Below are positions 9,225-19,199 of a stretch of 64,000 nucleotides of DNA, in pieces. Where the stretch lies: IMG/VR virus record IMGVR_UViG_3300022723_000184, positions 96,001-160,000 of that record. One strand, written 5' to 3'. The DNA is from a virus (lineage: Duplodnaviria; Caudoviricetes). The notes under the pieces were generated by a model. It was not told the origin of the DNA. It saw only the letters and a program-made list of their open reading frames with translations, and searched no databases. The translations under genes and the position numbers were made by a program. Positions within the stretch are counted from its first letter, which is position 1. The number at the start of each line of letters is the position of its first letter.

Positions 9225-9815
9225 ATGCAAGAAATCATCCTCCCAAACAAGAGCGTCTCTGGTCGGGTCCGCGCCCACGAGGTTCGTGGCGACGTCTGGG
9301 ACCTTCTGACCGCGTGGGACCACAACCAGGTCCTCTACGGCTGGGGGACCGTGGTCGGCACGCTGCTGACCAAGGGCCTGTCCAACTACCGCATCGGTGG
9401 GATGTACCTGGAATACGAGAACGTCGCGGACCCCGACGACCCGGTGTCGGCCCCGACCTTCGACCGGAGCGGCGGCAAGAGCTACTACGACGGCCTGGGC
9501 CTCAGCGCGACCCGCGACTACCTCCGCGTCCCGCTGACCGCCTCGCTCTTGAGCAGCAGCGATGAGACGCTGTTCCCGGACGGCAACGTGATGACGTTCT
9601 TCGCCCAGTCCCAGGGCGTGACGGGGGCCAACGGCAAGGCGTTCAGCGACACGGTCAACTCCAAGATCTACGGAGGGGCCCTGGTCGCTTTCCTGGATGA
9701 GGCGGACGCGGATCAGGATATCGTCTTCAGCCGCTTCTACTTCTCGGTGGCGAACCAGCAGGTGAAGTTGCCCACCTCCCAGATCGGGTTGGAGTGGGAG
9801 ATCACGCTGCAGTAG
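9225..9815 (+). CDS. Tail/baseplate-associated protein
   Basis: Context; 17-nt RBS/start region identical to that of baseplate J. Confidence 0.45.
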   Translation: MQEIILPNKSVSGRVRAHEVRGDVWDLLTAWDHNQVLYGWGTVVGTLLTKGLSNYRIGGMYLEYENVADPDDPVSAPTFDRSGGKSYYDGLGLSATRDYLRVPLTASLLSSSDETLFPDGNVMTFFAQSQGVTGANGKAFSDTVNSKIYGGALVAFLDEADADQDIVFSRFYFSVANQQVKLPTSQIGLEWEITLQ

Positions 9816-9888
9816 CGGCTAGAGTCACACCTTGTAAGCCGGTGCGCTGGCATGGTGACGCTAGTATAGCTAGATAAGGGGCTCAAGG

Positions 9889-11679
9889 ATGAGCGGCTGG
9901 AAAGATCTGATCCAGTTCATCAAGACCGGCGAACCCGTCTTGCCCGGCACCCCCAACCGGGTGACCCGGGACCTCGACGGCAACATCCGGTTCTTGCGTG
10001 ACCTGCTGGAAGCGGCGGAGATCGGCGAGGCCGTCTTCGCCCGTGACGTGACCGTCGAGGCCGGTGCCTCGGTCGGCATGCCCGTCTACTGGGACGTCCC
10101 CTCGAACTCGTTCAAGCGGGGCCTGGCCCAGGTCGACGTCGATCAGGCGTCCGGCGCCATCGAGACCGCGACCACCGCCCAGATCTGGGGCGTGGTCTAC
10201 GAGAAGACCAACACCACCCTCGGCTGCATCCAGCTCTTCGGGTTCACCGACCTCGACCTGAGCCTTGCGGTGGACGGCGACGTTGAGGCCGGCGTCTACT
10301 ACCTGTCTGCCGTGACCCCTGGCAAGCTGGTCAAGCAGAAGCCCGCGGTCAGCGTGGCCGTGCTGGTCGCCGACGGTCAGGGCGGGGTGTTCGTCAACAC
10401 GACGATCGCCAACTTCGTCAACGACCACGTCCATTTCAAGTACAACCTCGTGGCGGCGCCGGCCGGCGACACCAGCCCGCCGACCGTGGGCGACCCGCAC
10501 ACAATCACGTCTCCGGACAGCACACTCGAAGGCTGGCTGCCGGCCGACGACGCGATTTTCGGGGGCAAGGCCCCGGCCGGGGCCGTGTTCGGCTACAACC
10601 TCTCGGCCAACAGCCAGCTGGTCAACCAGTGGCCTCCGGTTCCTTACAACAGCGCGGTCCTCGAATGGGACCGGGGCGAGACCAAGGAGCTGGGCTACAT
10701 CGGGGTGGCCGACAACCTGGTTGTGCTCGACCAGAACGGCATCTGGTGGATGAGCGACTGTTACGGTGACGTGCCGTGGCCCACGGACCTCGACACCAAC
10801 AGCTCGTTGTCGGTTAGCGCGTCCGACGACTGCCCCCGAGAGTTGGAGTTCAAGCTCCGCCTATGGTTTACCAAGCTCTCGTTCCTGACCGATGGCTCGG
10901 TCGTGACCAGCCTGGCGACGGACGACGATCGCATCCAGATCCTGTGCGAGAACGACCCGAGCCAGACGGCCCGGACCGGGCCCCTGCTGCTCCGCCTGGC
11001 TCTGGAGTTCATGATCGATCAGACGGACGTCCGCGGAGGCCTGGCGTTCAAGGAGTTCGACGAGACCACCAACAAGTTCAACCTGGGCCCGATCTGCGAG
11101 GGCATCTTCGCCCTGAGCAGCAACCTGACGCTGACCGGAGAATCGAGTCAGGTGTTGAACGTGGGCGGCACCGACCGGACCGTGCACCAGGGCCTCGTGG
11201 GGATCGCTGTCGACACCCAGGGCGACCAGGAGCAGCCGGTGCAGCTGATCCGGTTGGACGGGGCGACCGAGGAGTTCTACGAGGACGTCCCGTACATCGG
11301 GTTCCCGGACGACGAGCTGACCCGGATCCGTTCACAGATCAACATCCCGGCCACCCTCGCCCTGGTGAGCCCCAAGCTCAAGGTCCGCCTCCGGATCCTG
11401 GGTCGGGCTGCAGGCAGCTTGCCGGCCCTGACCCTGACTGGCCGCCGCCTGCCTCGCGACGCAAGCAGCGCCACGCCGCTGCCCACCGTCGACAGTCCGA
11501 TCACCATCGACACGACCGGGGCCGTGGCGGCCGACGAGTACATCGAAGCCGAGTCCGACCCGATCGACGTGGCGGCCGGCGACGTCTTCCTGTTCACCGT
11601 TGAGCGGAGCGACGCGGATGGCTACACCGGCGAGCTGGGCATTATCCAGCAGACCGGGGTCATCACTACAGGTACCTGA
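9889..11679 (+). CDS. Large tail structural protein, unknown function
   Basis: 596 aa; N-terminal GEPV..GTPNR motif seen in tail-fibre-type proteins; context. Confidence 0.45.
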   Translation: MSGWKDLIQFIKTGEPVLPGTPNRVTRDLDGNIRFLRDLLEAAEIGEAVFARDVTVEAGASVGMPVYWDVPSNSFKRGLAQVDVDQASGAIETATTAQIWGVVYEKTNTTLGCIQLFGFTDLDLSLAVDGDVEAGVYYLSAVTPGKLVKQKPAVSVAVLVADGQGGVFVNTTIANFVNDHVHFKYNLVAAPAGDTSPPTVGDPHTITSPDSTLEGWLPADDAIFGGKAPAGAVFGYNLSANSQLVNQWPPVPYNSAVLEWDRGETKELGYIGVADNLVVLDQNGIWWMSDCYGDVPWPTDLDTNSSLSVSASDDCPRELEFKLRLWFTKLSFLTDGSVVTSLATDDDRIQILCENDPSQTARTGPLLLRLALEFMIDQTDVRGGLAFKEFDETTNKFNLGPICEGIFALSSNLTLTGESSQVLNVGGTDRTVHQGLVGIAVDTQGDQEQPVQLIRLDGATEEFYEDVPYIGFPDDELTRIRSQINIPATLALVSPKLKVRLRILGRAAGSLPALTLTGRRLPRDASSATPLPTVDSPITIDTTGAVAADEYIEAESDPIDVAAGDVFLFTVERSDADGYTGELGIIQQTGVITTGT

Positions 11680-12632
11680 TGCCAACACCCACGTGGAACA
11701 TCGAGTGGCTGAACCACAACTCGCAACGGCGATACCCGCTGTTCGACGACAGCAGCGCCGTTGACGACACCGGCTCGTTCGAGATCCCCAACGACTTCCT
11801 CGTGGAGCTGGACTTGCCCGTCCACGCGGGGCTCGACGTGGACCCGGCCCGCTTCTTCATCAAACACATCGGCGCCTACGCCACAGGGTTCAGCGTTGTG
11901 GTCGGCTACCAGCCGGAGGTGGGTGACGCGGTCGACGTGGCCACGGCCCTGATCAACAGCGACACCCACGCCAAGAACACGCCTTATCAGCTGGGCGGTG
12001 TCGGGGATTTCTCGGATACCAATGGCAAGCTGGTCATCGGACGCCTGGAAGAGATCCTGAAGCAGCCGGCCGGGTTCTTCACGTTCACGCTGGACAACGG
12101 CCGGCTCACTCCGGACACGACCCGGCCCATGATCCGCGGCATCAGCTCGATCCAGATCCGGTCGGGCGACGACGTGAGCGAGCGGATGTACGGTGACATC
12201 GAGCTGCAGCCGTTTGACAACATGCAGATCGTACCGATCATCGTGGCCGGCCAAGACCCGATCATCCGGTTCAGCGCCGTCGACGGCGAGGGCTTGGCCG
12301 AGGTCTGCGACTGCGAGGGCAACGTGCTGACCGCTCCGATCCGCCGGATCAACGGCGTGCCGCCGACGGCGGCCGGCGACTTCACGATGCTGGGCAACGA
12401 TTGTTTGGTGCCGACGCCGATCGAGAACGGCCTTAAACTTGACGACATTTGCTCCGAGCCCTGTTGTGGGTGCGAGGAGTTGGAAGCGATCACCCGCGAC
12501 CTCGAAGCGTTCGGGGCCAAAGCAACGACCCTGGAGAACTTCCTGGTTCGTCTGGAATCCTCGGTGACCCAGATGGACAGCGTGGTTCTCTCAGCGCAGC
12601 TCAGGGACAAGGGCTGCATCGACTGCGACTAA
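11679..12632 (+). CDS. Cys-rich tail protein (paralog family member 1)
   Basis: WLNHNSQRRYP N-terminus; RRING..P..AGDF; CSEPCCGC motif shared with downstream paralogs. Confidence 0.55.
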   Translation: MPTPTWNIEWLNHNSQRRYPLFDDSSAVDDTGSFEIPNDFLVELDLPVHAGLDVDPARFFIKHIGAYATGFSVVVGYQPEVGDAVDVATALINSDTHAKNTPYQLGGVGDFSDTNGKLVIGRLEEILKQPAGFFTFTLDNGRLTPDTTRPMIRGISSIQIRSGDDVSERMYGDIELQPFDNMQIVPIIVAGQDPIIRFSAVDGEGLAEVCDCEGNVLTAPIRRINGVPPTAAGDFTMLGNDCLVPTPIENGLKLDDICSEPCCGCEELEAITRDLEAFGAKATTLENFLVRLESSVTQMDSVVLSAQLRDKGCIDCD

Positions 12633-12643
12633 GGAGAAAAGTT

Positions 12644-13273
12644 ATGCCCTATTCGACTGCCGGCAAAAACCTGATGCTTGACGCGCTGAACGCCGTCAAC
12701 CCGACGACGCCGATCACGCATGCGTCACTGCACGACGACATCCCCGACGACACGGGATCCAACGAGATCTCTGGCGGCACCCCGGCCTACGCCCGCCAGG
12801 CGATCGACTTCGACGCGGCGGCCGGCGGTTCGATGGCCAAGAACGCGACCGACCCGGTGTTCGACGTTCCGGCCTCGACCGACGTCTTCTACGTCGGCTT
12901 TTGGTCGGCGGTGTCCGGCGGCACCTTCCTGGGCTATGCTCCGATCAACGGCGGTGCCATCGACGGGGTGGGTGACGGCCTGGACACCGGCGACATCATC
13001 AACGCGTCGAACCACGGGCTGAACGACGACGACCGCGTCGTCTTGTACGCTCCGGTCGGCCAGTCGCTGCCCGGCGGCCTCAACAGTACGACGCTCTACC
13101 ATGTGGTCAACCGTGTGGCGAACGTCAGTTTCCAGGTCTCGCTGACCCAGGGCGGTGGTGCGGTAACCATCACCAGCGACGGCACCGTCTACTTCCAGAA
13201 GGCCACGCCCGAAAGCTTTGCCTCGCAGGGCCAGCTGACGCTGGACACGGCGACGCTCAAGCTCGAAGAGTAG
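12644..13273 (+). CDS. Phage tail-fibre-associated protein
   Basis: RBS AAGGAG; SLH..P...G.NE.SG..YARQ.I.F...A / VGFWSAVSGG.FL pattern common in tail accessory proteins. Confidence 0.6.
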   Translation: MPYSTAGKNLMLDALNAVNPTTPITHASLHDDIPDDTGSNEISGGTPAYARQAIDFDAAAGGSMAKNATDPVFDVPASTDVFYVGFWSAVSGGTFLGYAPINGGAIDGVGDGLDTGDIINASNHGLNDDDRVVLYAPVGQSLPGGLNSTTLYHVVNRVANVSFQVSLTQGGGAVTITSDGTVYFQKATPESFASQGQLTLDTATLKLEE

Positions 13274-13306
13274 TCGGGCATCGGCACCTGTTGAAAGGAG
13301 GTCAGG

Positions 13307-13792
13307 ATGGCTGCAGGGCCCCTGGCACCATATTCCCGTTACCCTGTGACCGAGTCACGGGTGTTCCCCAATATCCATGAGGGCGCGGGGGCGAACTCGA
13401 AGCACGAAGAGGGTATGGGCGTCGAGGCGTCGGTGGGTGCCGATTCAATTTGGCGACTCAGGTTCCAACTGCCGCCGCTTCTTCCGACAGGTACACCCAA
13501 ATTACTGTTGAAGGCGTTGGCTGCGGCGACCAGCGGCAATGCTCAGGTCAATCCTAAATGGGCCTCGGTTGCAGCCGAAGAGGACGCCTCGTCGGCGACG
13601 CTGAATGCAGAAGGTACGACGCAGGTTACTTGGGCGTCTGGTGACTCGGACGTTTACAAAGAGACGAAGATCGATCTGGACGCCGACACATTGGTGGCCG
13701 GTGAAGTCGTCGTCATGGACCTGACCTTCGAGACCACCAGCTGGACGCTTGCAGTGGTGAGCACATGGAACGCTTTCATTATTTGGGAGTGA
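13307..13792 (+). CDS. Hypothetical virion-associated protein
   Basis: RBS AAAGGAGG; beta-rich 161 aa. Confidence 0.55.
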   Translation: MAAGPLAPYSRYPVTESRVFPNIHEGAGANSKHEEGMGVEASVGADSIWRLRFQLPPLLPTGTPKLLLKALAAATSGNAQVNPKWASVAAEEDASSATLNAEGTTQVTWASGDSDVYKETKIDLDADTLVAGEVVVMDLTFETTSWTLAVVSTWNAFIIWE

Positions 13793-13795
13793 TCC

Positions 13796-15634
13796 ATGGC
13801 CCGCAATCTACCGGCAGGCGGCACTACCCGGATCAACTTCGGTAACCCCACGTCGCTTGACATTACTGGTGACCAGCTCACCATGATGTTCTGGGTGAAG
13901 CGTGCGTCGAGCAGTACGAACCGGTTCATGGCGTTGGCCAAACGCAACAATTCCGGTGACAACGCTTACGACTTCAAATGGCAGCCGACACCTAACGGAA
14001 ACACTCTGCGGTTTTGCCTGGATACAGGTAGCGGTATCGTCTGTCATAACAGCAGCGCAGCTCATACTGAGACCGGCAGCTGGCACCACGTGGCCGCTAC
14101 GTACGACGGCAGCAACAAACGCATGTACTTCGACGGGGTCGAAGATGCGAACACCCCAGCTGAGTCGGGCAATATTATTTCGGTCGCTGAGCCCCTTCTG
14201 CTCGGGGCCAACGACGACACATCACCGGGCGACGAATCCGACGGCGATTACGCCGAAGTCGCCGTGTGGGCAGCACGGTTGACTGCAGCCGAGATTGCAG
14301 CGATCGCCTCTGGTGCCGTTGCTCCGTGGCAAGTCCGCTACAGCGATCTTCGCGGCTACTGGCCGTTATGGGGCACACACGCAACCGAGATTGATCTGTC
14401 GCCGCACCAAAACGGCGGTACGCTCGTCGGAAGCCCCGCCCGTGCCACCCACGCCCCTGTAGCCCCGTTCCAGTCGTTGCGGCACATGTTCAACCTGGAG
14501 GTTGAAAGCCTATTCACCGTCGAACAGAGCAAGGCGACATCGACCGGGACGAATGACGCAGCAATCACCGCCACGCTGGACAGCAGTCCGACTGTCGGCA
14601 ACGTACTGGTCGCAATTTGGGCAAATCGCGGCAACAACGCTGCGGGCTATCCGACGATGCCTGCAGGTTGGGAACGGATGGCTTTGGTTCGCGGCGAGCC
14701 GAACATTGCGATGTTCGTCAAGGAAGTCGAAGCCGGCGAGGCGACCGGCGTCACTGTGACGCACGAGAGCGGTACCGACCGCCAGTGCCTGCAGGTGCTG
14801 GAGATCTCGGGGGCCGATATTCAGAGTATTCGGGCCGCCGCTGCCGACAGTGCTCCGCCGTCCGCGTCGGTAACCTCGAAGACCGCGGGCACGGCGACGG
14901 ATGCACGTATCGCGGCCAAGGTATTTGCCGTAGCAGGTATGGCCATTCGCGATACACCAGGGACCTCCGGCGGTTGGACCAACGGATTCTCCGAGGTGGC
15001 TCAGGTCGGCGACGGTAGTTCGCAGGTGCATCTGGCCGTATCGACGTCGGAGGTACCGTCAGGGACCATCGAGACCACCCGGTCGTGGGCGACGGCTCGG
15101 AACGCCGTGGGGGCACTGCTCCTCATTCGCGAGGCCCAGACACGTAGCGGCGTCCAGAGTCGCCTGCTACCACGACAGTTCCTCGACTTCGGGTCGTCGC
15201 TCAACGCCATGGCCAACGGGGCGGCAGCGGGTTGTGCAGCAATCGATAACACGTCTGATGCGGCACAGCAGGCGTACATCGGCGGCAAGCTGCAAGTCGG
15301 TACGTCGCCGACCGACAATGCACAGATCCGGCTGTATGCCGTTGGCTCCAACGATAACGCGTTTTGGGATGACAACTACAGCGGGGCGTCGGGCAGCCAC
15401 ACACTTACAGCGAACGCAAGACAACTGAAAACACTTCTTGTCGACAGCACTACTGATAAGATCTACGAGTTCGGGGGTATCGATCTGGCCAAGGCCTTCG
15501 GTGGTCGTGTGCCGCGATACTGGGCGATCATCGTCGAGAACCGGACGGGGCAGGCGTTTGAATCGCTGGCCGCGGCAGACGTCAGGGACGGCTTCGAGCT
15601 GCATTACCAGCCGGTCGTTCGACAGCGGAACTAA
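13796..15634 (+). CDS. LamG/concanavalin A-like lectin domain protein, putative receptor-binding protein
   Basis: WHHVAATYDGSNKRMYFDG and GDYAEVAVWAARLTAAEI LamG motifs; C-terminal domain duplicated in the next gene. Confidence 0.75.
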   Translation: MARNLPAGGTTRINFGNPTSLDITGDQLTMMFWVKRASSSTNRFMALAKRNNSGDNAYDFKWQPTPNGNTLRFCLDTGSGIVCHNSSAAHTETGSWHHVAATYDGSNKRMYFDGVEDANTPAESGNIISVAEPLLLGANDDTSPGDESDGDYAEVAVWAARLTAAEIAAIASGAVAPWQVRYSDLRGYWPLWGTHATEIDLSPHQNGGTLVGSPARATHAPVAPFQSLRHMFNLEVESLFTVEQSKATSTGTNDAAITATLDSSPTVGNVLVAIWANRGNNAAGYPTMPAGWERMALVRGEPNIAMFVKEVEAGEATGVTVTHESGTDRQCLQVLEISGADIQSIRAAAADSAPPSASVTSKTAGTATDARIAAKVFAVAGMAIRDTPGTSGGWTNGFSEVAQVGDGSSQVHLAVSTSEVPSGTIETTRSWATARNAVGALLLIREAQTRSGVQSRLLPRQFLDFGSSLNAMANGAAAGCAAIDNTSDAAQQAYIGGKLQVGTSPTDNAQIRLYAVGSNDNAFWDDNYSGASGSHTLTANARQLKTLLVDSTTDKIYEFGGIDLAKAFGGRVPRYWAIIVENRTGQAFESLAAADVRDGFELHYQPVVRQRN

Positions 15635-15651
15635 GCACGGAGGCTACCCAC

Positions 15652-16125
15652 ATGACCACTATCAACTTGGATTACGGGACGGAGGTCGAACACGCGATCA
15701 CGCTGGCCAGCCTGGCGAACAACGGCGCTCGCGGCGGCGATTCGATCGACAACAGCAGCGACCAGAACATCGACGCACAGCTGGGCGGCGTGATCCGGAC
15801 CGGTGCCGTGGCGCCGACGGCCGACAGCCCGATCAACATCTACGTGGTCGGGTCAAACGACGACGTGCTGTGGGACGACAACTACAGCGGCAGCGATGCG
15901 GACCACACGCTCGGAGGTAATGCGAAGCTCGTCCACACAATCCGGGTCGATACGACCACGGGCAAGGACTACGAGTTTGGCGGGATCAGCGTGGCCCAGG
16001 CCTTCGGCGGCGTGCTGCCTCGATACTGGGCGGTGATCGTCGAGAACCTGACCGGACAGACCTTGGACACGACCGGCTCGAACTTCGAGATCAATCACGT
16101 CCCGGTGAACTTTCAGCAGAACTAA
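15652..16125 (+). CDS. Paralog of the C-terminal domain of the preceding lectin protein
   Basis: Shares GSND..WDDNYSG, YEFGGI..A.AFGG..PRYWA.IVEN.TGQ. Confidence 0.7.
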   Translation: MTTINLDYGTEVEHAITLASLANNGARGGDSIDNSSDQNIDAQLGGVIRTGAVAPTADSPINIYVVGSNDDVLWDDNYSGSDADHTLGGNAKLVHTIRVDTTTGKDYEFGGISVAQAFGGVLPRYWAVIVENLTGQTLDTTGSNFEINHVPVNFQQN

Positions 16126-16128
16126 CCA

Positions 16129-19100
16129 GTGGCTACGTACGACCGTCATTACGGCCGTGTGAAGCCACCGCTTCACGCGAAGATCGACTGGGCTCATCCG
16201 CTTGCGGACAAGCTCACGAACATGTGGTCGTTCCGCGAAGGCGCCGGCAGCATCATCCACAACGACGTGCCCAACGGCCTTGAGGGCATGGTCAACACCC
16301 TGACCACGGGCTTCTGGAAGGAAGCGGCTCCTGGCGAGGAGGCCTACCAACACGGCGTGGGTAGGGCGGTGTTCATTGACGCCATTGCCCAACGGATAGA
16401 GCTTGACGATACGGCCATCGTCATCAACGAGGACGATCCGTTTACGGTCTCCGCTCTCTGCCGACCGGACACTGAGCACCCAACGTTTGCTGGCCTGTTG
16501 GCGTTGCGGACTGACACCAGCAACATGTTGGAGATTTTTGCGTCGAGGTCTAGTAGTTACACCCACTTCTCTTTTGGTATCTCGGGCGTCATCGTTCGCC
16601 GGGATGGGCTGCCCGCTGCCAGCGAAGACAACAAATGGAAGCGAATTACGATCACTTACACGGGCGGCGGTTTTGGCGACTCCAACCACTGGCGGATGTA
16701 CCTCGATTCCGAGGAGATTGCCCACGTCAGCAGCAGCGGGTACTCGAACCGTTCCGAGCAGAACCGCATTGGTAGCGTGGGCAGTGATTCGCGTCAATGG
16801 GACGGCGACATCGCGGAAGTTCGGACCTATGCCCGAGAGCTGACGCCCGCCGACGTGCGGGAGATGACGATCAACCCATACGGCATCTACCTGATGTCGC
16901 CGATCGTCTTGGGCTTCTCGCCGCTGGAGGCCGGCGAGGCCGCGGAAGGCACGGGCCGAGGGCACCTCGAAGCCTCGTCGACCAAGACCGCGATCAGCGA
17001 CCCGGCTGAGGGTACGGGCCGGGGTACGGCAGAAGCCGTTTCGACAAAGAACGTTGAGGTTAATGCTGAGACCACAGGCCAAGGTACGACCCAGGCCTTC
17101 GGCCCCAAAATCCGCCTGGCTTCTGCCGAGGTCACGTCGCAGGGCACGGCCCAGGCGTCCGGGTTCCGTGCGGCGTTCCCCGAGGGTACTGGCCGCGGCC
17201 ACATCGAGACGGTGAGCGTCAAGCAGGTCGAGGGCAACGCTGCGGCGTCGGCCCAGGCCACGGGCGAGGCGATCTCGGTCAAGAACGTGGTGGCCGACGG
17301 CCAGGCGACGGCTCAGGCCACGGCCGAGAGCAGCTCAGTCAAACAGGTTACGGCTCAGGTCGAGGTCGCGGCTCAGGGTGCGGCCGACGCCCAAAGCATC
17401 TTCAGCGTCTCGGCCTCGGTCGAGGTCACGGCCCAGGGCCACGGCGAAGCCGTGATGTTCGTCGTGGCCAACGCCCGCCTCGCTGGCGCCCAAGGCCACA
17501 TTGAGGCGGTAAGCACCAAGACCGCGGTCTCGGTTGGGGTCGAGGTCACGGCCCAGGGCCACGGCGAAGCGTCCGGCGAGGCCATCTCGGTCTCGACCGT
17601 CAAGGTCTCGGCCCAGGCCCACATCTCGGCTACGTCCTCGTCGTACCAGCTCAGCCCGACCGGACGTAAACCGATCGGTCCCGACCAACCACCGCACGGT
17701 GCCAACTCGAACTACCCGTTCGTCAAGCTGTCGACCGACATCCAGAAGATGTTGGGTGATTTCTACCTGAGCTACGACGACCCGGACTGCGAGTACGCCC
17801 TGCCCTTCCGCATCGCGTGGATGGCCGGCTTTGGCAGCCTCGACGTCCCGGAGCCCCCCGGCTTCCCGACCAAGGTCCATAAGAAAGACTTGCTGGTGGT
17901 GGATGCCAACGACAAGGTGGTCTTCGACAGCACCAAGGCCATCGACTACGTCGAGATCCCGTGGGCCGGCCGCCTCGAATCGATCGAGTGGACGACCAAC
18001 AACAAGATCTGCCGGGTCACCCGCCACACGGCGTTCAAGCCCGGCGACACGCCGATCTTCTACGACACGTTCATCACTCCCGAGAACGGGCAGCTCGACG
18101 AGCGGACGTACCGCGCCAACCCGCGGCGGGTCACCTCGTTCAAGGTCGGCCTGGTGACGGTGAAGGCCGAGAACGTGATCTGGGACGAGGGTTTCAACCT
18201 GAGCATGACGCCGCAGGACCCGGTTTCCGCCGAGGGCGGGCGCCGCGTGCAGCCGATCGTGTTCACGGCCCGGCCCGGTGACGGCATCGGGCGTGTCCCG
18301 GCCTGCGAGGACGTCGACCCGCTGGTCCGCCGGATCAACAACATTCAGCCGGACGGGGCCGGCAACTTCGTGCTCGACACCTCTGGCTGCTACCGCATTC
18401 AGCGACCGACGCAGCTGGTCAACGACCGGCCGCGGACCGTGGAGCTTGGGCACCCGGACCTGACGGCCGAGCAGGCGGCTGCCGCCATCCAGGTGTTCAA
18501 CGATTGCGGCCCGTGCTGCGAGTGCGACGACTTCGTCAACACGTACGAGGGTGTGCGTCGCCTGGAGAACCGGTACTTCGGCCTGGGCCAGCGTGCCGAG
18601 GCGGCCCGGGACCAGTACGCTCTGAACTTGGCACGGTGGAACGCCGGCCGCGACTGTCGGATCAACAACCCGTTTCGCCTGGTCGTGCAGCAGGAGTACG
18701 GGTGCACGGTGGCCCTGGGCCTCAACCACTGCAACCTGACCGAGGGCTGCATCCGGCCGCTGTACATCCGCCTGACGCTGCAGGTGTACAAGGACGGGGT
18801 GATCGACCCGAGCGTTACGGCCACGACCTTCGTCTGCCCGGAGACCGTCCGCAACGGTACGGACACCGGGTACGAGGACGACGTCTACGAGATGGCCGGG
18901 ACCTACCCGGTGTTCGACACCAAGTTCGGCCTCGCCGACCCGCAGCAGCCGGCCAAGCTCCGGACTCGACTCAAGTTTTCGGGCTGCGACAATGGGCACG
19001 CCCTGAAAATCACGATGAGCGCCCACTACGAGGACGTGCTCAAGGACGATGGGACGCCGGCCAACACCCCGCCCGTCCTCACGCCGGGCGGCGACATTGC

Positions 19101-19194
19101 GACGCTGTGGGACGGGGCGGATGACGAGCTGCCGCCGGCCCGGGCGATCGTTCAGGACACCGTGGCCCTGACACTGGAGGATCCGTGTAGGTAA
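16129..19194 (+). CDS. Tail fibre protein: N-terminal LamG domain, Ala/Thr/Ser repeat stalk, Cys-rich paralog domain
   Basis: WDGDIAEVRTYARELT LamG motif; GTGRG/EVTAQGHGEA repeats; NSNYPF, RRINNIQPDGAGNF, CGPCCEC motifs. Confidence 0.65.
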   Translation: MATYDRHYGRVKPPLHAKIDWAHPLADKLTNMWSFREGAGSIIHNDVPNGLEGMVNTLTTGFWKEAAPGEEAYQHGVGRAVFIDAIAQRIELDDTAIVINEDDPFTVSALCRPDTEHPTFAGLLALRTDTSNMLEIFASRSSSYTHFSFGISGVIVRRDGLPAASEDNKWKRITITYTGGGFGDSNHWRMYLDSEEIAHVSSSGYSNRSEQNRIGSVGSDSRQWDGDIAEVRTYARELTPADVREMTINPYGIYLMSPIVLGFSPLEAGEAAEGTGRGHLEASSTKTAISDPAEGTGRGTAEAVSTKNVEVNAETTGQGTTQAFGPKIRLASAEVTSQGTAQASGFRAAFPEGTGRGHIETVSVKQVEGNAAASAQATGEAISVKNVVADGQATAQATAESSSVKQVTAQVEVAAQGAADAQSIFSVSASVEVTAQGHGEAVMFVVANARLAGAQGHIEAVSTKTAVSVGVEVTAQGHGEASGEAISVSTVKVSAQAHISATSSSYQLSPTGRKPIGPDQPPHGANSNYPFVKLSTDIQKMLGDFYLSYDDPDCEYALPFRIAWMAGFGSLDVPEPPGFPTKVHKKDLLVVDANDKVVFDSTKAIDYVEIPWAGRLESIEWTTNNKICRVTRHTAFKPGDTPIFYDTFITPENGQLDERTYRANPRRVTSFKVGLVTVKAENVIWDEGFNLSMTPQDPVSAEGGRRVQPIVFTARPGDGIGRVPACEDVDPLVRRINNIQPDGAGNFVLDTSGCYRIQRPTQLVNDRPRTVELGHPDLTAEQAAAAIQVFNDCGPCCECDDFVNTYEGVRRLENRYFGLGQRAEAARDQYALNLARWNAGRDCRINNPFRLVVQQEYGCTVALGLNHCNLTEGCIRPLYIRLTLQVYKDGVIDPSVTATTFVCPETVRNGTDTGYEDDVYEMAGTYPVFDTKFGLADPQQPAKLRTRLKFSGCDNGHALKITMSAHYEDVLKDDGTPANTPPVLTPGGDIATLWDGADDELPPARAIVQDTVALTLEDPCR
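16940..17640 (+). repeat. Degenerate ~20-aa coding repeats (GTGRG.A / EVTAQGHGEA)
   Basis: GTCGAGGTCACGGCCCAGGGCCACGGCGAAGC occurs at 17419 and 17539. Confidence 0.7.
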
Positions 19195-19199
19195 GTCGT

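Noticed and set aside
13796-19194. Diversity-generating retroelement acting on the lectin fibres
   Set aside because: No reverse transcriptase and no TR/VR pair differing at adenines in the window
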